The position numbers were made by a program, and so were the translations under genes. A stretch of DNA of 64,000 nucleotides, from the NCBI GenBank assembly GCA_044892525.1, contig CM097885.1:226424001-226488000 (forward strand), read 5' to 3'. The stretch comes from Schmidtea polychroa (lineage: Eukaryota). Below the pieces are notes generated by a model. That model saw nothing but the letters and a program-made list of their open reading frames with translations. It was not told where the DNA came from and made no database searches. Below, piece by piece: positions 54,351-64,000 of this stretch (position 1 is its first letter; every line of letters starts with the position of its first letter).

Positions 54351-57300
54351 ATGGAAAACAGGTCCAAGTTTCTTATAGTCGGTCGTCTACCACAATTAAT
54401 CAGGCAAAAAGATATGGATTTTTTTTTAGATTCCCTCAACAGGGGCCCCCTTGATTATAAAAACACCGGTTGGAATTAATAATTATAGAAATATTATTTT
54501 ATAAAATTATAATATCAGACGTGGTAATTGCACCTGGTAAATGTTATGTGGGAATCTTTAGACAAAAGCTGCCAAGGAAAATTGAAATTGCAGCCCCAGC
54601 ATGTAATAATTTCACTGAAGGTAACCCCGATGATGAACACAGGTAAAACTTTCATTATTTCTATATGCAAGTCAATTAAAAATTTTATTTTAATTTTTAA
54701 AAATTTTTGAATTAATGATTTACATTTGTTATTAATATAAAATAATATATAATTAAATTAAACTGAGCTGTACTTTAACATGCGAGTTTCCGTGAATAGA
54801 CAATTCACCAAAAATATTTATTTTATCCTGAAAGCTATAACTACAGATGTAGGCGTGCAAACAAAATCTTTTTTGAAGCCACATTGAAATTTGAACATTT
54901 TGAATGAATGAAATACGTAACGAAATGATTTGAACAAGTTAACATAAATATAATGTTCATGCTTGTATAAAAAGTAAAATACAATTTAAAACTAGTCTTC
55001 CTATTATTTTAATATAGGAAATATTATATTAAAATTAAATTTATTTTATTGTTTTTTCGAGCCTTTTCATAGGCAAATTGGCAGTTTTATATGCGAATGA
55101 GGATTGCTGACTGTCTAGTCCGATTCATTTTAAAATTTTAACTGTAAATGTGTATTGTCATATTAGCCTCAAGTGCTAATTTTTTAAAACAAAATTTTCA
55201 CTTCTGAAATAACACTGTTTATATTGTTTATTTATGTTTGTACGTAGGATGACCACCTCTTCGGTTTCATTCTTAGATCTCCGTTTTTTCAACATATCTC
55301 CTATCTCTGGTCGGGTCAAGTTATTTCCGGTTTTTTTATTAGTTCGTTAATAAAAAATATTTTAAAAAAGAAATTTGAAATTATACATTGATTTAGGTCC
55401 TTTGGATATTTAACGAGAATAGTTTTTGTCTATTTTTTGCATGAAATCAGGACTAAAAATATGCGTTTAAATTTAATAAATAATTTTTTTATTTTAATAA
55501 ATTCTTTATCCAATTATAATATTGAATAAAATGAGAAAAATATTAGTGAAAATACGTTTTTTTTCAAATTCTCCGGGTTTCTATGAAAGACTCGGTGTAA
55601 TTGTAAAATTAAGATGGTCACCCTATTTGTACAATATGTTGGGTTACTAGTAAATTGTCGGTAGATATTTCGGACTCCTCATGCTCTTTATAACAAATGA
55701 TAACCCGACACTATAAAATTTATTTTTTAAATATATATTCACAAATCTTCGATTCACAACTATTTAGAATCCTCACTTTCTTTTATACAGTAATGGTAGG
55801 CAATCCTATCGGCAACCTCTAATTATTGACTTCATTTTTCTTTATTGAGTCCTTTTTCCATACAAATTTACAAATTAGATTGATTAGTCTATATTAATTA
55901 ATTAATTAGTTTATATTTCCTAAATAACACGGTCTAGGACCCATAATCTATTTGAAATTATTATATTGTTAATTGACTTTTCATTTGTTACCAGCTTATA
56001 CCTGTCTCCCCAACAAAATATCGACTTAATCTATTAAAGAATATTGTACACAATGTAATTATTTTAATTTTTGTTAAATTATGAATAATTTTTGTTCTTC
56101 ACATAGTTCTTTGAGTTATTTTGGTTCATTTTTTACCACCGCAACAAATTGAAATGAAAGAAAAATTTGAAGTTTGTTGGTGAAACATTTTTACAATAAG
56201 CGACACATCTGTATGATTTAAAACCACATGTATTAGAACAGTGGTTCTCAATTAATATAAAAGCGCGGAACACCATTCACATGATTTTCTTTACGCGGAA
56301 CACTGACAAAAATATACCAATCACAAATTACTATAAATCTGTCGTAAACGTAAACAATGACTTCTTATAAGCAAAGAAAATACCAAGCGCAACAATAACA
56401 AGCAACAAAAACACTTTTATATTTGTATGTTTATATATCTGTGTAACGGCTTTCTTTTTGAATCATCTTATAAAAAAATTAATTGAGGTTTTTGATGATA
56501 TGTATCTTAAATGCAAATTTAAAGATAAAATGTCATTTTTTTCGCGGAACACGGGTTGAGAACCATTGTATTAGAAAATAATTTTCCCGAAAGTACAACT
56601 TTTTAATGTGACTGAAAAAAATCCGTACTTGTTACAAAGCTACAAAAATGAAGAGAATTGGAGTGTTTATTGCCGATTCTCCAAGGGGATCCTTTGCAGT
56701 TTACGAATCATTAAACCATTAAATTTATCAAATAATAATTATAACATTTTCAGAACTCCGTTTATTAGATTACTCATTCAATAAATTCATAACATCCTGC
56801 TAAGAAGGACATTGAAAGCAACAGAATCTGTGAATGTTTATTTGGTCTATGCAAACTTGTGGGATAATTGTCCATAAATATTTTATTAAGTGAAGACTGT
56901 GTCAGTGCATTTTTACTAGCAGGTGCTCGAATATATAAAGACAAATAATTACTGCAAGCAAATTGGAAGAGATTTCAATAGGTGAAATCGACACTAGGAC
57001 AAGAATTTTCATACAGCGGGAAAACCTTCTAGAGGACCTTTAAATGCATACTTCGACTATCATATACAAGTAAAGAATGTATATTCTTAAGACGGATGCA
57101 AATATTTCAAATAGAGATTGTAAATGCTTTACTAAAATGTTTTGATAATCCTTTCAAAAATAATTTCAATTATTGAATTCTATTATTTTTACTTTTTGTA
57201 ATAAAATTAGCATAGATACTCTCGCTTGGGACTGTGGATGGGTAATAATTAATTCAAAAGACCACCGAATAGAAAATGAGGATATTACGACTAAACGAGT

Positions 57301-58261
57301 TGAATATGCTTTGAAGAAAGAATTCAAGATAATCTTTTGTTTGCAAGCACTACCTAAAATTCCTTTAAAAGGAGAGGAATTAGACCCCTATACCAAAACA
57401 TTGAAATCTATCTTTAGTAAGCTTTCATTTAATAATTTCCTCAAATTTAAAAATGTTAAAAACTTACATAATCCCTGTGCTACCAAATTGGTGTAAGCAT
57501 AATTAATTGCTGTAGTAACCTTGGATTACTAGCTGAATAAAATTAAGTTTTGAAGTGATAATTCAATTTTTAATGGACGAAAACGTATCATGGATGATAT
57601 GAGTTTCTCATACGCTTAGTTTGTAAGATAATAAATGTACTTATATATTTGATTAGAACATCAGAAAAATTGTGATATTTGATGTGGCCTAACGAAGAAT
57701 TGGTCAGATTCCGGAATCTGGTCATAAAATTGCTGGATTCAATACCGGATGGGATTGAATTTCTTACTTGACACCGATGGAAGTCAAATAAGCTCCAAAA
57801 TAGTCTGCTATTAGAAATTGCATTGAATATCACTTAAAAACTTAATTTTTTCAGTTTCTCAGAAGAAAATCAAAATTACTATTTTTTAATACTCTGCTCA
57901 AATATAAATTATATTTTTGATTCAATAGGTAATGTTAAAGATTGGTCTAAGCTAGCACTTGCTTTTGAATGTTCAGTGAAAACAATTGAAGTTTCTAATA
58001 TTGGTAAAATAGTGAAATGTCTCAGAAAGTTTTTGAAGACCTGTATTTCCAAAGCAGCTTTTAAGCAGTGCAGAATTCTTTATGGAGGTAACAAGGCATT
58101 TTTCATTTTTTAAATATCAAAATATAATAAACATAGGCAACATCAATCACAAGCAATGCTTTGAAGCGTCAGCATTTCAAGATATAAACGGATACTTGAT
58201 CCCGGATTGTCTTCACAATGAAGACTTTATCAAAATCATAAATATTATTAGAGATTCATAA
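54351..58261 (+). CDS. Triosephosphate isomerase-like protein, probably catalytically inactive (243 aa, 5 exons)
   Basis: Exons 54351-54468, 54519-54642, 57211-57416, 57929-58087 and 58137-58261 total 732 nt with matching phases (1,2,1,1). TPI-like segments RSKFLIVG, DVVIAP..YVGIFRQKL, GWVII, VEYALKKEFKIIFCL, NVKDWSKLALAFE and RILYGG. Confidence 0.85.
56239..56568. mobile_element. hAT-family MITE (330 bp) in intron 2 of the TPI-like gene
   Basis: TIRs CAGTGGTTCTCAA / TTGAGAACCATTG; perfect 8-bp TSD TATTAGAA (56231-56238, 56569-56576). Confidence 0.92.
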
Positions 58262-59990
58262 GATACATTCAAATATATCAACTGACTTTCATCTCGTTTT
58301 GAAATTTTATAAGATTTTTTTTGACCAAATCTCACTTGCAAACAGCTCTTTCAAGCTCATTTTTCTCTATGGTTTTTCAAATCCAATTATCACAAAAATA
58401 TTTCCAAAAGTTTTGAGTAAAATAAAATTAGTGGTCTTTTAAGTCTTTTGTGTTAGGTTTTAAAAATTCTTTGGTTTTAACAGTATGCGTGGTGTGCCCA
58501 TAAATTACCAGGGCTAAATAAGAAGGCGAAATACGAGAAGTTTCATATTACAATATAGGAACACTAATTATGTATTGGCACTATTTTTTAACACAAGATC
58601 CTTCATGAGCCACAGACTTCAACAAATTCCAGGAAAGAATTTTTGTAGAAAATCAGTGGCTGCTCATTCAAGAAATCCACATTCTCACGAATATCAACAG
58701 CATTTTAAAACCTTTTGATTTTCAAATGTCTCTTCATGTAACTAAATCGATAAAAATAGGATGAGTTCTTCACCACAACACGCGCCATTGTATGAATAGA
58801 CATGCTTTCAGTTGTGCGAGGTTTCTTTTTATCCAATGATTTTGTAAAATTGCTGATATATCTTAGGGGAAGATCTGTCAGAATCTGGTGGTGACAGGAC
58901 TGTTGGGCTAGAACAGATTTCTAGACCCACAAATCTAGATTCGTGACAAAATGTGTCGGTACACAGCATGTACTCCCAGCATTAAGTTTATTTAAAATTA
59001 AAACAGATAAAACATCAATTAAACAATAATAATAAAAAAATAACACCCAAAAATGTAAAACATCTAAATAAAAATAAAATAAAACCTAGCAAGAAGTATT
59101 GCACAAAATCGTACTCAAATATAACTGAAAAATATAAAAACAACTATAAACGAATCCGAATAAAGGCGATTTGTAAAAATTAGAGAGAAAATTAAAGATA
59201 ATTCCATAAAAATCTAAAATAAAGAAATATTTTATCTAAATTTCGAATAAAAATCCAGAACAATCCATACAAATGGTGTAATCGATCATGGTCGTCAAAC
59301 GACCTAATAAAAGTTATAAAAAATAAATATTTTAGTTTAACTATAAAAGTTTTAAGAAATATTTGCAGAAAACAATTTAAAAATTAAGAATTAGATTAAA
59401 TTTAGCATGGAATGTTCTGGAAATGCCCAAATCCATCATGAAGGCAAATTTAGTAAAAAATAATTCCAAATAAAATTTTAAAAATAAAAATAAAAATTAT
59501 TACGAAAAAATCGCCATGAAAATTGATAAAAAATGAAAATAGAAAGTTCTAGAATAAAAATAATTCGGATTTGTTTTACTGAACTAATGCATGCACACAA
59601 ACTCGCACACCAAAAACCAGGTATAAATACCGACGCATTTCAGTCACAAAACACCTTTATGCCAATTTTTTTTAATTTTAGATTCATTGTACCTGAAATA
59701 GTCTATCGTGTAAAAAATGTTACAATGTGTATACTAACATGTATTATTATTGTTGACCTTTAATTGATAATCATATTGTGTTTCTATTTCGTTTTTTTTC
59801 TATATAGGGTGACTAGGGGCGTCGTGCAGATTGATATCACACGAACCGAGCCAGTCTTACAACCCTGGAGACTTTATTTTCCAATTCCCAAATCTGGATA
59901 GACGATCCAGTTGAAGCACATAGCCAATATATTTTTGGGAAGAGAAGATAACGCATTTTTTTCTAACGCGCATAAATATCTTCCTTCAGA

Positions 59991-60152
59991 TAAATTCCAT
60001 AGAATTAAAGTTCCGTCCCATGATCTAGACAATGCAAATCGACCATCATTTGACATAACAACATCACTTTCAAAGTCATCCCAAATAATCATAGATTTGT
60101 CCCTTGATGCAGAAATAAGACTGTTTGGATAGATGTTGGTTGCAATCTTTGA
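59991..60152 (-). pseudogene. RACK1: RACK1-like WD40 fragment
   Basis: [23 protein letters not shown] + [28 protein letters not shown] match RACK1 WD1/WD2 ([52 protein letters not shown]), with the linker missing. Confidence 0.75.
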
Positions 60153-60825
60153 TTAAGCAGCCATAATCATAGGACTATTGATTTTCAGTGTTTCTGGTTT
60201 CCACGTAATAAACGCCAAAGTACCCTGATAGTCATATAATGCATAGAAACCTTCTTTAGCATATGTGTCGATCATGTGTAATCTGAATCTTTCATAATGA
60301 GTACCTAATTCCCCAGTTTCTAATTGAATAATTCTATCCTTCTGTTTGTTGAGTCCAAAGATTACATATTGAAATTTGTATTGTAATTTAATGCAATTAA
60401 GATATTCTTCCACTTAAGGATCACATTTAACGCCTGAAGCCACTTTCATAAGGAACTTTATCTAAAACCTAAATCCGTTTAAACCAAAAAACTTCTAGAA
60501 AATTCTAATCTACAAAAGCCACAAATCAATTTTCATATTATTACAATAAATATGAAACGTACTAATTCTTCGCGTCTGTATGCGCACACCAATATGACAG
60601 CAGTTTAACAATAACAAGCAAACAGATGCGACAAAAAAGACAACAAACTACCCACACACTGCCAGCCAGAGGTAGAAGTCACCCCCCCTCTGACTGGTCG
60701 AAACATATATGATTGGCCAAGATAGTGATTTGAAAATTAAGAACCGTGAGTTAACTCGAGAAGAGTTTCGGATGCAAATTCATTCAGAAAAGATGCATAT
60801 TGGAACACTTCCAATCAAGAAATTT

Positions 60826-61200
60826 CTTCCTTTCAACACAACTTACTTGTGCGAATCGGCATTTTCGATCAATGCATATATTAAAAATAAGTACAGAAAC
60901 AAGTTTTCTGGATCAGGAGATTTAAGAATAAAACTAAGTAACATAACTCTTGATGTACGGAAACTTGCTGAAGATTTTTCGAAGCAGTATCATTCAACGC
61001 ATTAATAAATTTATTAAGCTTCATTCTTGCCGATTTTTGTTTTTTAATTTTTTAACTAAATGAGGTCAAAATTTTAATAATTTAGGTTTAAAAATATTTA
61101 TATACAATTTTCATCTTTTTAGAAGAAAAATCTAATGGGGTACCCTCAAACCTTGTATGCCAGCAAGGGTACGTTAGCCAAAAAAGTTTGAGAATCACTG
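60826..61200 (+). mobile_element. 3' end of a Buster/Charlie-type hAT transposon (transposase C-terminus + right TIR)
   Basis: LPFNTTYLCESAFS...KNKYRNK...DLRIKLSNI dimerisation motif; TTTGAGAATCACTG terminus at 61187-61200; no left TIR seen. Confidence 0.8.
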
Positions 61201-63009
61201 CTATAAATAATCATTTTAATAAATTTATACTTTAATATTAACAATTGATACCGAATACCTTATCCCTATATATACTTTATAATATCTATAAATATTCATT
61301 TAAAAAAAATTATGGCTGGGGCACCTCTGGCCGACGACTTGGCACCCTGGGGTGCTAAGACACCCATTTGAGATCCTCTGTTTTAGACCACTATCGTAAT
61401 TGTATAACTTATAAGCTGGAAATATAGCTCTTGAGAGCAGCGTTCATGACTTCATCTTTAACTCTCGTTGATGGCTATTTCGTCCCTTATGAGAATACAC
61501 TCGCCATTGAATTTCCATAAATAAGTACGGCATGCAAATAATGAATTACAAGAGGTAGGAGTGATAGCGCCGGCTTAGATGTACGGACGAGATGGCATGA
61601 ATTGGTAATCCATGATTATATTTTAAGACGTAAGGAGATCGAGGCGCAGAACATCAAATTGAAGGTACAAAACTGGATAGCCATCCGAATCCGAGCCTGG
61701 AACTAAGGATACCGGATGGAACACCCACCACGTTCATATAAACACGAGCGGGACTCAGTATTAAGATCAGGCCGATGACACTCTTGAAGCGGGAGCCAGT
61801 ACTGAACTCAGGCTAATCGACCCGCTCCCATGCAGTGCAAGATATCCAGGTGGCCATTACCAAACTGAGAAGAGTGGAGGGGGAATTCATCAAAGCCTCA
61901 CCCCAAACACGGATCGGGAATACCAGTCATTTGACGATGGGGACTGGACAAAAGACCTAGGCCCTGGAACTACGGAGTAAGCCCACACAAAAGCCGTAGG
62001 CCACGTGAATCCGGACACGGTCAATGCTCTTAGGAACATTCTTTTGCTTATTTCATGTATGCTAGATAGTTAAAATAAATCGGTCAATGACGAGCTTCTT
62101 GTTTTAATATTGATTTGGTTTATTCCAAAATTTCTGTTGATTACAACTATAAAATAAATTTTAAGGTTTGGATTTTTGGTTTGTTATCGATTGGGGATTA
62201 TCACCCAGCCCCTGAATATAATATAAGGCAAGTTTATTATGATTGCGTGCAGTGAACTCGACACTGTGAAGGAGATTGTCCGAAATAGAAGACATTAGAG
62301 ATGAGGTATAGCCAATGTCAGGAGTAGGTAGGGTAGAAACACAACGGAGTATTATATGATAATAAGTTTACCTGTAGTTCAATCTCGGTTCCAATTTAAT
62401 TAGATCGATGAAAGAATTTCAGCGGATTAATACCGAATCACTCTATAGCATGAAAGATAAGCTCCAGGAAATTAGGTTTTCCAAGGTTCATGTCAGTAAA
62501 GTATAAAGTAAGGGGACTTAACTGAAGTCGGGTACAGGAGTTCTATCGGCAGTCTGCTAAACCGTTGGAATGCTCCACGATTATAGTGTACAAAGGTACG
62601 CTCACATCTGGCGAGTATTCACCCTTACAACACACTACCAATGTTTATCACTCAAAGTTGTCGGATGGTCAAACAAGTCTTTAAATTTTGGGTTGCATCG
62701 GATACGACACGAACGGGTAAAACGTGGATTACCTGTGACCCACCAATGAGAAGATGTGGAAAAATATTATCATTGGGAAGATGCACAATATAGTAATATT
62801 ATATTGTATTACGAAGAGAAGACGAAAGAAAGCCGCAGAAGGAGGATTCCCAAACAGAGATGATCAATCAAAAATCATTAATCTAATGGGTTATACCACT
62901 ATATAAGGTAAGTTGAAATAACAAACTACTGGCAATTTGCCTCAGGTAGGGACGAAGAAATCGAGAATAGGATATAGGAAATCTATTAATTATTTGTGAG
63001 TATGACAAA

Positions 63010-63525
63010 CGAAGGAATACTGACATAAATTCCCATGACATGCTATTTTTCGTAATGTTTTCGTTCACCAATTCAAAAATATCCTTTTTAGAAGTCATCT
63101 GATTTAAATCATTATAAAAAAGTATTCTTAAATTATTTTTCAATCCTTTACAATCTGTAAAATAGCGAGCAGTTGTACCTCATTGCTTATATCTGTGCCC
63201 TCGTCAATTTGAAGAGGCCAAATTTTTCACAATCTTTCTGTGCCATCCGGAAATTTATTTTTGAGCTGCTTATAAATGTATGTTAAAATATCTCCGACTC
63301 TCCGCTGTATTGTTTGGTGAGGGGCAGTTGAGGTTTTTCAGATATCGTTGTAAATGCCTTCAATTTCTTAGTTTGACTCACAACATTCTCTTTTTCATTC
63401 TTACAAAATAAATGTTTGGCTTCTCTTTTAACTGGGGATGTTTTCGTTGGAGATGTCGATCAGGTTGTTTGGAACAATAGATTCATTAGCAAGAGCAACA
63501 AAGCATGGCAAATACATTGGAATTA
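63010..63525 (-). pseudogene. Degenerate Buster/Charlie-type hAT transposase
   Basis: Frameshifted pieces VALANESIVP, SPNNT..SRR, LQIDEGTDISNEVQLL and TSKKDIFELVNENITKNSMSWE. Confidence 0.75.
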
Positions 63526-64000
63526 AATCATCCTTTATAAATATAGCATAAAGCAATACTTGATGCAATCATCGTCATATTTATGCTTTTTTGCTGCCTT
63601 CTTTATTTGCTTGAATTAAAAATCTTTTCATTGTTAAACTTAAAAATTGATTAGGAGAGTTAATAACCTGAATACAAGAAATCAAGCTACTAAATAAACA
63701 GTCAAAACTCTTACAAAAGTTCACAAGAAAAATTTATTTATAAACAAAGATAAATTTGCACTGAAATTACTTATCCACTCATTTAAATTTCTATTTTATA
63801 AAAAAATCTTAACGGCACACTGATTGGACAACACTGAGCTAAAGGATGATTTATAGAGTTTTAAATTTATTGTCAATATTCAATAAATATGTTGAGATAT
63901 AAAGATTTTCGCTGTGTTAATTTAATCTTTTTCATATTTGCGCCACTATGTTATTTTTCCAAGTGAATTACATTTAAAGTATTTTTTCGCTTTATCTTAA

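Larger units (their letters stand above)
58901..62745 (+). mobile_element. Solo-LTR-like copy of the element 1 LTR family, with internal insertions
   Basis: The first ~750 bp are colinear with 9808-10560 and the last ~200 bp with 44790-44992. Flanks ggac / atga do not form a TSD. Confidence 0.55.

Overview
AT-rich eukaryotic (metazoan-like) DNA with short GT-AG introns. The left 45 kb is two related, nested Ty3/gypsy-type LTR retroelements. Element 2 (14277-44423, 30,147 bp) is complete and very young. It has near-identical ~4 kb LTRs (TGTTG...CAACA), a TTAA target-site duplication and a tRNA-Pro primer site. Its two overlapping giant ORFs encode, in order: Gag (capsid, 3 CCHC), three ubiquitin-like folds, a Bcl-2-like domain, a signal peptide plus chuvirus-G/gB-like class III fusion glycoprotein placed UPSTREAM of the protease, PR-RT-RNase H-integrase, duplicated ankyrin modules and a second type I membrane protein. 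Separate ORFs encode an IAP-type RING protein, a full-length intronless TRAF, coiled-coil proteins, a small membrane protein and an LTR-encoded putative transactivator. This looks like a giant enveloped 'complex' endogenous metavirus carrying apoptosis/immune-signalling cargo. It is inserted in the 3' LTR of element 1 (<1-44992), a pol-less relative that keeps an intact 1523-aa Gag-membrane-protein fusion. Both leaders share a covarying stem-loop with a palindromic 9-nt loop resembling a retroviral dimer-initiation signal. Both lack a canonical polypurine tract. The right 19 kb holds host genes: an 11-exon RNA polymerase III largest subunit (POLR3A/RPC1) and an intact 5-exon triosephosphate-isomerase paralogue lacking key catalytic residues. 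It also holds a hAT MITE, hAT transposase relics and a solo-LTR-like copy containing a RACK1 fragment. All domain calls are by motif recognition only; no database searches were run.
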